From a virus (Duplodnaviria; Caudoviricetes), in the IMG/VR virus record IMGVR_UViG_3300027833_000059, positions 1-58,329 of that record: a stretch of DNA of 58,329 nucleotides; one strand, 5' to 3'. Under the pieces are notes generated by a model, which saw only the letters and a list, made by a program, of their open reading frames with translations, ran no database searches and was not told the DNA's origin. The translations under genes and the position numbers were made by a program. Each line of letters begins with the position of its first letter. The stretch's first letter is position 1. This document shows positions 38,702 through 48,240 of the stretch, in pieces.

Positions 38702-38822
38702 TGTCTTGTGGTTTATGTTCCTTACAAAGATACAACATTATTTTGATTCTACCAAATATATTTAAATAAAAAAAGGTGGGACCTTAAACCCACCTCTTTT
38801 CTGAACAAAAACAAACCTATTA

Positions 38823-39011
38823 TTATTCTTTAATCTCAAAACCTAATTCTTTTAACTTTTCAGTTAATACTTCTTCTATAACATTTTCAGTCGTAACCTC
38901 ATCTTCATCATCAGTATCGGTACAATCTTTAATTACCCCTTCAAGTACTAACTTATTAGTTATTTCGTATTTTATCTCATTGATAAAATCTTTACTTATT
39001 GTATTTTCCAT
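38823..39011 (-). CDS. Hypothetical acidic protein
   Basis: Leader present, promoter missing. Confidence 0.7.
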   Translation of the reverse strand: MENTISKDFINEIKYEITNKLVLEGVIKDCTDTDDEDEVTTENVIEEVLTEKLKELGFEIKE

Positions 39012-39036
39012 TTGTCTTGTGGTTTATGTTCCTTAT

Positions 39037-39387
39037 CTATTTTACCAAATTGTGTTCTCCATCGAACACTACACCATTCTTACCTCGATATACAACTAAA
39101 TCTCCACCCGCATACATCCAAGGATTTTCATTTTCACTACCATTTTTTTTGATATAATCAATATCAGCAGTAGTGGTGTACTCTAAACTATTTCCATCCT
39201 CTTGTTCAATACCAATTAAAACCTTAACGATACTATCACTTATTTCTAATTCAGCACCAACCCATAAAGGTTTTTTCTTTTCTTTTTCAACTTCTTTATA
39301 ATCCCAAGACTTACTATCTAAATAAGCCTTTAATTCTGCTAATTCTTCTCTTGAACAATTATGTGTATTTATTTCAATATTTTTCAT
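39037..39387 (-). CDS. Cassette gene, hypothetical
   Basis: Own promoter and leader. Confidence 0.75.
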   Translation of the reverse strand: MKNIEINTHNCSREELAELKAYLDSKSWDYKEVEKEKKKPLWVGAELEISDSIVKVLIGIEQEDGNSLEYTTTADIDYIKKNGSENENPWMYAGGDLVVYRGKNGVVFDGEHNLVK

Positions 39388-39430
39388 TTGTCTTGTGGTT
39401 TATGTTCCTTACAAAGATACAACTAATTAT

Positions 39431-39634
39431 TTAATCTACCAAATCTTTTTCCAATGAATTGAAAATTTCATAACATTTTTCATTAATTTCATCATCGGTC
39501 ATTGTTCTATTATTATTCCAAATATAAAAACACTTACTTTCTAACCTTGAACAAAACTTAATATACTTACCATTATTAGTGGTAATTAAGGATATTTGAT
39601 GTTCCAAGAAAAATTTAAAATTAGTTGAATACAT
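39431..39634 (-). CDS. Hypothetical protein
   Basis: Third gene of the cassette. Confidence 0.65.
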   Translation of the reverse strand: MYSTNFKFFLEHQISLITTNNGKYIKFCSRLESKCFYIWNNNRTMTDDEINEKCYEIFNSLEKDLVD

Positions 39635-39635
39635 A

Positions 39636-39815
39636 TTATTTAGCTCTTGTGATTACTTTATTATTTATACGTGTACTTTCCCCTAGTTCTAAACTCATAA
39701 GTTGCTTTAATGAAGTTTCAGAAGAGTATCTTAACCCATGTGATGTCCATAAAGATGTACTACCACTCCTAGTGAAAAACTTATCCTTTAATTGATTATG
39801 ATAAAAGTCTGACAT
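39636..39815 (-). CDS. Hypothetical 59 aa protein (not in track)
   Basis: MSDFYHNQLKDKFFTRSGSTSLWTS...; 1-nt spacing on both sides. Confidence 0.65.
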   Translation of the reverse strand: MSDFYHNQLKDKFFTRSGSTSLWTSHGLRYSSETSLKQLMSLELGESTRINNKVITRAK

Positions 39816-39816
39816 A

Positions 39817-39936
39817 TTATTTTCTTTTACGTTTTAGTTTCCTTTTTAATCTTCTTTTTTCACGACCACACATAATTGGTTCTTGCTCTTTAATTCTTAC
39901 ATCTTTATATGGGTCTGTTATTTTGTAACTTTTCAT
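39817..39936 (-). CDS. Cassette gene, 39 aa basic peptide (not in track)
   Basis: MKSYKITDPYKD...GREKRRLKRKLKRKRK. Confidence 0.65.
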   Translation of the reverse strand: MKSYKITDPYKDVRIKEQEPIMCGREKRRLKRKLKRKRK

Positions 39937-40010
39937 TTGTCTTGTGGTTTATGTTCCTTACAAAGATAATAAAAATTCCCTTACCAACCTAATGATAAGG
40001 GAAATATTTT

Positions 40011-40139
40011 TTAATGTCCACCAGTAAATGTTATTTCAATTCCACCATTCTTTTCTTCGGCTACAAAAGTAACACCACTCTTGATAAATCCTAATAACAT
40101 GTCGTTGAAAGTTTCTGTTGATACGAATAAAGTTTGCAT
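40011..40139 (-). CDS. Cassette gene, 42 aa (not in track)
   Basis: MQTLFVSTETFNDMLLGFIKSGVTF...IEITFTGGH. Confidence 0.7.
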   Translation of the reverse strand: MQTLFVSTETFNDMLLGFIKSGVTFVAEEKNGGIEITFTGGH

Positions 40140-40264
40140 AATAAGTTGTTTTAGTTATTGTTCTCTACAAAGATACAACTAATTATTGGTTCTACCTAAT
40201 AAAATGCAATAAAAAAAGGTGGGACCTTAAACCCACCTCTTCTCTGAACAAAAACAAACCTAAT

Positions 40265-40471
40265 CTAAATCTTAATTTCTTTATTTTCCAATTCGTCTAA
40301 CTTGACGATTGAATATACGTATAATGCAGTACCAATACCAACAAATAACCACATTAAATAAGATAGTACATCTACCTTTAATATCATTTCACTTTCAAAG
40401 ATGATGAAATAAAAACCTACAAAGGTTAAAATCATTCCTACTATCATAGTTGTAAAATACTTATCTTTCAT
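40265..40471 (-). CDS. Cassette gene, two-TM membrane protein
   Basis: Two hydrophobic segments. Confidence 0.7.
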   Translation of the reverse strand: MKDKYFTTMIVGMILTFVGFYFIIFESEMILKVDVLSYLMWLFVGIGTALYVYSIVKLDELENKEIKI

Positions 40472-40535
40472 AATATTAAGTTTTAATTGTTTGACACTTC
40501 AAAGATACAACCTTTTTTTAGTTCTACCAAATAAT

Positions 40536-40757
40536 TTATAATAAACTTTCTATTGGTTTAATCTCAATATGCATTCTATCTTCATCACCTCTAATCATAA
40601 TTGTATTAGACGTTACCAATGATACATCACAATTCCATTCCTCATTTAAACGAAATCTACTTAAATTATTATTAACCCAAATTGCAATCTTACTATTTTC
40701 AATCTCTTCATTAAAAAAGAAATGAGCCTTACTTCCGTTAATTATTAATTGTTTCAT
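40536..40757 (-). CDS. Cassette gene, hypothetical
   Basis: Own promoter and leader. Confidence 0.75.
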   Translation of the reverse strand: MKQLIINGSKAHFFFNEEIENSKIAIWVNNNLSRFRLNEEWNCDVSLVTSNTIMIRGDEDRMHIEIKPIESLL

Positions 40758-40834
40758 TTGTCTTGTGGTTTATGTTCCTTACAAAGATACAAAATAAAAA
40801 CCTTACCACCAAACAATAGTAAGGTTTTTTTTAA

Positions 40835-41116
40835 TTAATCTACTAATTTTATTTCGTAAGGTATATTTAAATCAGAAACTTCATAATCGTGTAATTCAGT
40901 CTGCATATCAAATTCAACTGTATAATACATTTTAATTGCATTTAAGTTACACCCATCGAAAATTTCATTTACTGTAATGCTACCAACACCTGTTTTAAAT
41001 AGTTGTTCTATTATAGACTTAGCCACACTATTTGCATTTTCCTCAATCTCTTGGTCTTGTCCGTGGTTAAAATACCACTCTAAAAATCTTTCTTTTGTAA
41101 TTGTTAACTTTAACAT
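40835..41116 (-). CDS. Cassette gene, hypothetical
   Basis: Own promoter and leader. Confidence 0.75.
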   Translation of the reverse strand: MLKLTITKERFLEWYFNHGQDQEIEENANSVAKSIIEQLFKTGVGSITVNEIFDGCNLNAIKMYYTVEFDMQTELHDYEVSDLNIPYEIKLVD

Positions 41117-41191
41117 AATCTTGTTGTTTTATTTGTTCTCTACAAAGATAATAAAAAATCCCTTACCAACCAAATGATAAGGGAATTATTT

Positions 41192-41434
41192 TTAATAAAC
41201 TGATTCAATCTGAATGCCATCCTCAGTATATAAGTCTTGTGACTCCCAATTAACTGAATAAGATAACTCTCCAGGCTCATATGAGTCGATTAGAGCGACC
41301 ATCTCATCGTCGTCATCACTTACTTCAAATACTTGTGTTCCATCGCATAAGAACTCACCATTTCGATACGGGTGGTTTATTGCAATCTTAAGGTCTTCTA
41401 AAGAATTGATAGTTGTATTCATATTTGCGTACAT
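41192..41434 (-). CDS. Cassette gene, hypothetical acidic protein
   Basis: Own promoter and leader. Confidence 0.75.
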   Translation of the reverse strand: MYANMNTTINSLEDLKIAINHPYRNGEFLCDGTQVFEVSDDDDEMVALIDSYEPGELSYSVNWESQDLYTEDGIQIESVY

Positions 41435-41480
41435 AATAAAAGAGTTTTAAAGTTCGACACTTCAAAGATACAACCTTTTT

Positions 41481-41672
41481 TTAGTTATCACAAGTTTTAT
41501 TTAAAATATCTTTAATATTTAATGGTAATACATCCTTTAATTCTGGCTTAACAAACTCAACTAATGCATCTTTAGGATGATAACTTAATATATCATTAAC
41601 TTGGTTATCTATTGTGGGTGAACTATCATTTAATAGATATCTCTTACCCTCTACCTTAAGAATAGTTAACAT
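41481..41672 (-). CDS. Hypothetical protein
   Basis: Overlaps the upstream gene. Confidence 0.6.
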   Translation of the reverse strand: MLTILKVEGKRYLLNDSSPTIDNQVNDILSYHPKDALVEFVKPELKDVLPLNIKDILNKTCDN

Positions 41673-41856
41673 CTACTTCATGTCTATGGATTAATAAAAC
41701 TTCTTTTGAAGAATCACAAATAACTGCTTGAAAATTCTCACACTTTATGTGTTCACATATAATATATGTACCAGTCACATTTCCACTAGAAACCAATTCA
41801 TCTTCTTCATTACAATGAGTAAAAATTTCTGCATTTTCTAATTCAATAGTTTTCAT
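41656..41856 (-). CDS. Cassette gene, hypothetical
   Basis: Start moved to ATG 41856, after a TATCTTTA promoter. Confidence 0.7.
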   Translation of the reverse strand: MKTIELENAEIFTHCNEEDELVSSGNVTGTYIICEHIKCENFQAVICDSSKEVLLIHRHEVDVNYS

Positions 41857-41884
41857 AATAACTTTTTTATGTAAAGATACAATA

Positions 41885-42355
41885 TTAAATTGACTCTGCC
41901 AAATCATTCTCTAAAAATGTTATAATAATATCATGGTCTCTATCTTCTCCTAATATTAAATCAATATCAATTTTCTCTACATCTCCATAAGTTTCCCACT
42001 TCTCCATTCTTTCATAACTCTCTTCCTCTTCATCAGTAGAAATATTTGCCATAAAACCTAAATCACATAACCATCTTTGAGATAATTCAAATACCATTAT
42101 TTGATATAATGTATTTTTTACATCATCATTATCTGAATCGTAAAAATGCTCATAGCAATCTTCTGCACTATCAACTTCAATAGCCTCAACAAACAGCCTA
42201 CCATCGTTTGTAAGAGCGTAAGACACATGGTCTTGGTGTTTGGTTACCGCATGATATAAAGCATTGTTAGGGTCGCTATAAATACCTAAGTTGGTTCTTG
42301 ATGAATGTTCTCCCCATGGGTTAGTTGAATATAATTGATATACAAAGTTTTCCAT
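41885..42355 (-). CDS. Cassette gene, hypothetical acidic protein
   Basis: Own promoter and leader. Confidence 0.75.
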   Translation of the reverse strand: MENFVYQLYSTNPWGEHSSRTNLGIYSDPNNALYHAVTKHQDHVSYALTNDGRLFVEAIEVDSAEDCYEHFYDSDNDDVKNTLYQIMVFELSQRWLCDLGFMANISTDEEEESYERMEKWETYGDVEKIDIDLILGEDRDHDIIITFLENDLAESI

Positions 42356-42431
42356 TGTCTTGTGGTTTTAATTATTATACTTCAAAGATACAAAAAATTC
42401 CCTTACCAACCAAATGATAAGGGATTTTTTT

Positions 42432-42659
42432 TTACAACCATATCATATCGTATTCCCTATCACCAAAACCATTGTTATCTAACCAATTTTGAATTTGAAC
42501 ATTAGTATAATCATCATTTCTAGCTTCAATATCAAACCATATCTTTGGTATATCGTTTACTATCTCATAAACTTGTATGGTTTTCCATCCAGTACATTCT
42601 TCAATTGTATCAATGGTTTGTGTTTGTTTTTCTACTGTGTAATAAAGTTTAGTACTCAT
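42432..42659 (-). CDS. Hypothetical protein
   Basis: Truncated leader, no promoter. Confidence 0.75.
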   Translation of the reverse strand: MSTKLYYTVEKQTQTIDTIEECTGWKTIQVYEIVNDIPKIWFDIEARNDDYTNVQIQNWLDNNGFGDREYDMIWL

Positions 42660-42671
42660 TGTCTTGTGGTT

Positions 42672-42857
42672 TTAAAATAATGTTAATTGATTAATTGGTT
42701 TCTTTTTTGGTTCATCCTTTGGTAATAATTTAACTAATGACCTTTTAATGTTCATTGTTTTTTTAGTGCTTGGTATATAAACATTCATAGTATGTGTATA
42801 AGTTTCCATTACTATACCTAACTTACCATTTATAATACTCTTCCTATGATTTCCCAT
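42672..42857 (-). CDS. Cassette gene, probably leaderless; C-terminal QLTLF clamp-binding-like motif
   Basis: TATCTTTG-AAGT-ATG; protein ends NQLTLF. Confidence 0.7.
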   Translation of the reverse strand: MGNHRKSIINGKLGIVMETYTHTMNVYIPSTKKTMNIKRSLVKLLPKDEPKKKPINQLTLF

Positions 42858-42894
42858 ACTTCAAAGATACAACTAATTATTGAATCTACCAAAT

Positions 42895-43254
42895 TTATTC
42901 TTCATCATCGTCTCTATTTTCGGTACAATTATCACATAATTTAACATCAGTTTCATATCTCCAAGGTATTATCTGCTCTTTAGGGAAGAATTCTAAACAA
43001 TCGTGACATTCTATGTTACCTATTGGTGGAACATTCATATCTGCCACCTCACAAGCTAAATTATATTCATTAGGGTTAGCTAATTGAACTGCACCTATAA
43101 ATTCAGAATCCCATTTATAACTATGCTTAATTAACTTAAATGCCTCTTTAATATCACTAAGTTTACTATCTGTCACAAATGCATATGGTGGAACTGTATT
43201 CACATATGTCATTAAGGTAAGGTCTATCAATTTTAATGCTTCATCTTTAGTCAT
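42895..43254 (-). CDS. Cassette gene with C-terminal zinc finger
   Basis: CHDC...CDNC. Confidence 0.75.
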   Translation of the reverse strand: MTKDEALKLIDLTLMTYVNTVPPYAFVTDSKLSDIKEAFKLIKHSYKWDSEFIGAVQLANPNEYNLACEVADMNVPPIGNIECHDCLEFFPKEQIIPWRYETDVKLCDNCTENRDDDEE

Positions 43255-43380
43255 AATATTTTGTTTTAATTTTTGTTCTCTTCAAAGATACAACTAATTA
43301 TTGGTTCTACCAAATAAAAACAAAAAAAAGAGTTAGGTCTGCAAACCTAACTCAATCACACATTTAGACAAAACAAAAAC

Positions 43381-43605
43381 TTATCTCTTAAATATTGCTC
43401 TCGGCTCTAATGAACCAAATGCCATCTCATCTAATTTATCCATTGATATTTGCTCAACGTCATCAGACTTATTTTCTATCTCTTTAGTTACCCTTTCACA
43501 AGTATTCATTATCTGAACATCTTGCTCATCTTGTGTTAAATCATCATCTACATTGACATAAACATAAAATGATGCTTGAACTACTACTCTCTTTACTTTT
43601 GACAT
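43381..43605 (-). CDS. Cassette gene, hypothetical
   Basis: Own promoter and terminator. Confidence 0.75.
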   Translation of the reverse strand: MSKVKRVVVQASFYVYVNVDDDLTQDEQDVQIMNTCERVTKEIENKSDDVEQISMDKLDEMAFGSLEPRAIFKR

Positions 43606-43669
43606 AATCTTGTGGTTTTAATTATTGTTCTCTACAAAGATACAACTAATTTTCGGTTCTCACAAGTTT

Positions 43670-43984
43670 TTAGTTAAGTAATTGAAATTTTAATTTAATC
43701 GTCTTTGGGAATAATAGATTAAGAAATGTACTATAACCACTCATCATAGGATATAAGTTACCCTTATAATATGCGTCAACATGATATAATTTATTATAAA
43801 TTACAACATCCCCACACCTGTTACGCCATGTAACACATGAATAGTCAATACCATGACTCTCTAAGACACTCTTTAGAAATGTTGTACCAATACAAAATTC
43901 ATTATCTAATAATCTTTCAGAACTAATATTAATAATCTTATTAGTCAATTTACCTTTCAAGTCTTGTATTTCCATAAGCCTCAT
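43670..43984 (-). CDS. Cassette gene, hypothetical
   Basis: Promoter 8 nt upstream of the ATG. Confidence 0.7.
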   Translation of the reverse strand: MRLMEIQDLKGKLTNKIINISSERLLDNEFCIGTTFLKSVLESHGIDYSCVTWRNRCGDVVIYNKLYHVDAYYKGNLYPMMSGYSTFLNLLFPKTIKLKFQLLN

Positions 43985-44010
43985 TGTTTATTCAAAGATA
44001 CAACTTTTTT

Positions 44011-44415
44011 TTAAAACCCACAAATTAATTGCTTACTTTTTTTAAGAACTCTATTAATTTGTCTTCTATTATCAAACATACCCATAAATCTACCCTCTAC
44101 TTTTGTTTCAATAAATAACACCTTAGTAAAGTAACTATCAACAAAGAATCTACTATTACATTGTTCAAGTACATTTCTACACGTTTCTTTTGAGGTTAAC
44201 AAACCACATAACCAATGACCATCACTATTTTGTTCAAGTAATACGTAAGGGTGTTTAAATACACTCGACATAAAGACATCACCAACCTTAAATTTAGTAG
44301 GCTTATTAGTGTTATTACTCTTTAAGGCATTCACCCAACCCATTAACTTTTTCTTACTTACTTTCTCATCTTCTTTTAATTTGTTAACTACATTAAATAA
44401 ATCTACCTTTTGCAT
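44011..44415 (-). CDS. Cassette gene, hypothetical
   Basis: Start moved to ATG 44415. Confidence 0.75.
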   Translation of the reverse strand: MQKVDLFNVVNKLKEDEKVSKKKLMGWVNALKSNNTNKPTKFKVGDVFMSSVFKHPYVLLEQNSDGHWLCGLLTSKETCRNVLEQCNSRFFVDSYFTKVLFIETKVEGRFMGMFDNRRQINRVLKKSKQLICGF

Positions 44416-44492
44416 GATATTGTTCTTTATGTTCCTTACAAAGATACAAAAAAAAATCCTTACTACCAAATGTAATAAGGATTATTTTATTA

Positions 44493-44981
44493 TTAATCTA
44501 CTCTATTTTCACCCTCACACCATCTTCTAAATGCTATATGAACATCTGTATCAGACCAACCATTTTGGTCAGCTGAATGTTCAACATCTTCAATACAATA
44601 CTTTACAATATCATCAATATTACTAGGTAAATCTAAACCTAACTTTGTAAAAATTTCACATACTTCTTGTCTAACTTCCTTTTTAAATTTTTCACTTTCC
44701 TTACAATTGTGTAAAAAAGTCAAAATACAATCGTATTCACTACCTTCCCAATGAACACTACTTTCCTTAAATTTAGAATATAATAGTCCAGCTTCAGAAT
44801 ACATCTCATCATAAAACATATTATTATCTATAATACCACAATCAATTGCTAATTTACACATTAAAAAAATTTGATAAGCATTAGTGTCACCAATTGATTG
44901 TGGTAAGCTAATAACTTGTTCACCGATTAAAGAGTCTAAATTTTTAAATTCTTGTTCTGTTCCTGAATATGCTTTTATCAT
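44493..44981 (-). CDS. Cassette gene; C-terminal domain shared with 51813-52337
   Basis: LG.D.P.NI.DIV.YC.ED....AD...WSD.DV.IAFRRW.EGENR. Confidence 0.8.
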   Translation of the reverse strand: MIKAYSGTEQEFKNLDSLIGEQVISLPQSIGDTNAYQIFLMCKLAIDCGIIDNNMFYDEMYSEAGLLYSKFKESSVHWEGSEYDCILTFLHNCKESEKFKKEVRQEVCEIFTKLGLDLPSNIDDIVKYCIEDVEHSADQNGWSDTDVHIAFRRWCEGENRVD

Positions 44982-45056
44982 TTTATTTTGTTTTTATTGT
45001 TCTATACAAAGATACAACTAAAAAATGGATATCCAATAAGAATATCCATTTATTTT

Positions 45057-45596
45057 TTAATAATTTTGTATCTGTTCGATAATGTATTTAGGGTTATAAC
45101 GACCACCACTACACTTACCACATGACCCTAACCTTTTTCTCTTCTTATGTGATGGTGTAGTCCAACCACAACTATTACACTTGAGTGTGTATTTACTCTT
45201 AATATCAGCCTTATAATCTACCTTACTACATCTATTACCATTACAACCTATTGATAAGGCTATATTTCTCCATGTTGTATCATGCTTACTTGTATTTCTT
45301 CTTTCAAAATCAATAGCATGAGCAATTTCATGTAACATTGTGTTAATCCAAGTATCAAAAGAATTATCAGTATTTTCAATCAACCACTTTGATAACTCTA
45401 TGGTCTTAACAATTCCATTAGCACTCCTTTTTCTCTTACACTTACCTAATGCTCTCTTTACACTATTGAATTTAAATTCCCACCCTAATTCAACTAAGTT
45501 AAAATCTCTACCATCATAAGTGAATGTAGTATTCATATACTTAGTAGCCATTTCTTTAATCTCAGTTAATGTAAATGTTTTAGTTGTTGTACACAT
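45057..45596 (-). CDS. SprT-like zinc metalloprotease
   Basis: KRALGKC, IELS, TMLHEIAHA, H...W...A..IG, C-terminal CxxC...CxxC ribbon. Confidence 0.85.
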   Translation of the reverse strand: MCTTTKTFTLTEIKEMATKYMNTTFTYDGRDFNLVELGWEFKFNSVKRALGKCKRKRSANGIVKTIELSKWLIENTDNSFDTWINTMLHEIAHAIDFERRNTSKHDTTWRNIALSIGCNGNRCSKVDYKADIKSKYTLKCNSCGWTTPSHKKRKRLGSCGKCSGGRYNPKYIIEQIQNY

Positions 45597-45678
45597 AATA
45601 AATGGTTTTAGTTATTGTTCCCTACAAAGATACAACTAATAAATGGATATCCAATAAGAATATCCATTTATTTTTAAT

Positions 45679-46203
45679 TTATTTTCTCCTTTGATTAAAT
45701 ATACTGACCTCAACTCCTACAAAACCACTGAATTTCCATCTATCAGTATCATAAACTAAATATAAATCGGGTCTTTCTGTTACTTGTAAATTTAAGACAA
45801 CCTTTAAGGTATCATTAAACTTATACTTTGTAAAGGCATTTGCACCCCAACAAAAATCAGTTAAATCTCTATCTATAAAACCATACGATGCTGACGCACC
45901 CATTTCTAATTTAGGTATAAATAATTCATTAAATACATAACCAACATTAGCAGTCCATCTTCTATATGGTTCTTCTCTTAAATCGGCATATTCAAATTCG
46001 GGATAAACAATCATATAACCCCATTTTTGTTGATTACCTTGCATTAAGATTGATACTGTAAAATCTAACATAGGGGAGCTAGTATCATCATACCCACCAA
46101 ATAACCCTAATTTAGCATCTTGCGTTAATTGAATTGAAACCTTTTCTTGTGAATATCCTAAACTTGTTAGGATTAATGTCATAATAAATAATACTTTTTT
46201 CAT
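45679..46203 (-). CDS. Secreted, probable outer-membrane beta-barrel protein
   Basis: Signal MKKVLFIMTLILTSLGYSQ; alternating beta-strands ANVGYVF, MGASASYG, FSGFVGVEVSIF. Confidence 0.65.
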   Translation of the reverse strand: MKKVLFIMTLILTSLGYSQEKVSIQLTQDAKLGLFGGYDDTSSPMLDFTVSILMQGNQQKWGYMIVYPEFEYADLREEPYRRWTANVGYVFNELFIPKLEMGASASYGFIDRDLTDFCWGANAFTKYKFNDTLKVVLNLQVTERPDLYLVYDTDRWKFSGFVGVEVSIFNQRRK

Positions 46204-46285
46204 TTTATTTTGTTTTAATTGTTCTACACTTCAAAGATACGAAAAATAATCCTTACTACCTAATGTAATAAGGATTATTTTATTA

Positions 46286-46657
46286 TTAATTAAGTACTTC
46301 TGAAATATCAACTTCAAAATAACATGAACTATCCCACTTACCAATAGCCTTATATGTAACTCTTATCCAAGTTTTATCATTTAAAGTCATTGCACTTATG
46401 GTAATTAAATCTTCATGTGAAAAGTAATGAATTTCATCTATTTCTTTACACTCATCATCATCTAATGTGCTATCGAATTGTTTTGTGTAAATTTCAACAC
46501 CATACTTAAGTGTAACCGAATCAATAACACCCTTATTCTCTAATAAAAGTTCCTTAGCTTTTTTAATTCTAGTACAAAGTTCCTCACTTAATGTGAATTC
46601 GCAACCCTCACTAAAAATCCCCTCTGTTGAATACTTATAATCTTTTCTTAATAACAT
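46286..46657 (-). CDS. Cassette gene, hypothetical
   Basis: Own promoter and leader. Confidence 0.75.
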   Translation of the reverse strand: MLLRKDYKYSTEGIFSEGCEFTLSEELCTRIKKAKELLLENKGVIDSVTLKYGVEIYTKQFDSTLDDDECKEIDEIHYFSHEDLITISAMTLNDKTWIRVTYKAIGKWDSSCYFEVDISEVLN

Positions 46658-46780
46658 AATCTTGTGGTTTTAATTATTGTTCTCTACAAAGATACAACTA
46701 ATTATTGGTTCTACCAAATAATAAACAAAAAAAAAGGTGCAACTTTGAGATGTGCACCCTTTTTTAAACTTAACCACAAG

Positions 46781-47146
46781 CTATAACCCTAATTTCTGTA
46801 ACCTTTCTTGTAACAATGGTTTTTCTTCATCACCTATACTATCCCAATAGCACATCAATTCATCATAACCATTTTTATATTTTTCAAGTTCGGCCTTTAA
46901 TCTCTCAATTTCAGTCCAATTTTCTTCATAACCAACCTCAATGTCTTCATCACTTTTAAGACCCTCAATATATCTTACATAAATCCCTTTACCTCCAACA
47001 TAGTCAATCAATTCTTGTATTTGTTTTACATCACTTTCAGCTTCCCAATCAATACCAAATAATTCAGTTGCTTCAGTTCCTAATTTATTACTATCTACAA
47101 AATCGTAAGTAGACATATATCTACCAAATGAAATACTTTTACTCAT
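46781..47146 (-). CDS. Cassette gene, hypothetical
   Basis: Own promoter and terminator. Confidence 0.75.
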   Translation of the reverse strand: MSKSISFGRYMSTYDFVDSNKLGTEATELFGIDWEAESDVKQIQELIDYVGGKGIYVRYIEGLKSDEDIEVGYEENWTEIERLKAELEKYKNGYDELMCYWDSIGDEEKPLLQERLQKLGL

Positions 47147-47236
47147 AATACTAATAGTTTTAATTATTGTTCTCTACAAAGATAATAAAAATAAACCTTA
47201 CCACCAAATATAATAAGGTTTATTTTAAATTAATTA

Positions 47237-47614
47237 TTAATTGAACTCTATAACCTTAGTAGAACCATTATCACGTACAAATAAAGACCTAACTTCTGGT
47301 TCTATAGTATATTCACACCCTATGTAGAAATCTACACTTAAATCGTCTGAAAATAAGTCTGTAACTAATAAGTCTTGTTTATAATCAGAACAAATCTCTT
47401 CATCAACTTTAAATGTAACCTCAACTGACATATTAAAGCTATCATAATCACTATTGAAACTATCTGTTACGAATTTTCTACCTCTACACTCTAACTCTAA
47501 TAAACCCATATCAAAGTTCATATCAATAACATTAGTGAAATTAGGTAACTTTAATTCAACTGAAAGTATATTAGCATCAGTAACATTCATTACTTGACTT
47601 ATTAAATCTTGCAT
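47237..47614 (-). CDS. Cassette gene, hypothetical acidic protein
   Basis: Own promoter and leader. Confidence 0.75.
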   Translation of the reverse strand: MQDLISQVMNVTDANILSVELKLPNFTNVIDMNFDMGLLELECRGRKFVTDSFNSDYDSFNMSVEVTFKVDEEICSDYKQDLLVTDLFSDDLSVDFYIGCEYTIEPEVRSLFVRDNGSTKVIEFN

Positions 47615-47690
47615 AATTTTGTGGTTTTAATTATTACTTATACAAAGATACATAATTAAAACCACACCACCAAATAATAAACAAACTTTC

Positions 47691-47978
47691 TTATAATGGA
47701 TATAACATTATAGTACCACCATCATACCATTCGAAAAACCAACCACGTTTTTTTACAAAGTTATTTAATTGATTGATAACACCATTACTATATGCTTTCC
47801 TGTCAACATAATATTTGAATATTAAATTACCTCTAGTATCAGTAGTCCCATCCTCAGCAGACATCCAAAGGCCATTCTCACACTCTTGTGAAAACTCTTC
47901 ACTGGCCCTAATATGTTGTTTTGGATATTTACCCTTAATTGCTTCAAGCATCTGCTCTCTAGTATAAATCTTTGACAT
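47691..47978 (-). CDS. Cassette gene, hypothetical
   Basis: GLW.SAE...F.YY...GV...GWF.EWYDGGT motif. Confidence 0.8.
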   Translation of the reverse strand: MSKIYTREQMLEAIKGKYPKQHIRASEEFSQECENGLWMSAEDGTTDTRGNLIFKYYVDRKAYSNGVINQLNNFVKKRGWFFEWYDGGTIMLYPL

Positions 47979-48051
47979 CTTAATTGTGGTTTATGTTCCT
48001 TACAAAGATACAACAAATAAACCTTACTACCAAATGGTAATGGATATATTT

Positions 48052-48228
48052 TTAATATAATAATTTGATTTTTTTTAAATCAATAATTATCGTTTCAACG
48101 GTTTTACGTCTTTCTTCAGCTAAAGCAGCCCCAATAAAATCACCTTGCTTTTGACATTCATTACTAGTAACCCCAGTCACTAAATCTGATTTTTCTAATA
48201 AATCAATATAAACTTCTAAATTATTCAT
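48052..48228 (-). CDS. Hypothetical 58 aa protein (not in track)
   Basis: MNNLEVYIDLLEKSDL...; truncated CCACAAG leader. Confidence 0.65.
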   Translation of the reverse strand: MNNLEVYIDLLEKSDLVTGVTSNECQKQGDFIGAALAEERRKTVETIIIDLKKIKLLY

Positions 48229-48240
48229 AACCTTGTGGTT

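Noticed and set aside
44416-44469. Upstream extensions of ORFs 31457, 44011, 51813, 52984 and 54515 in the track
   Set aside because: They translate the promoter-leader repeat; the downstream ATGs match the cassette pattern
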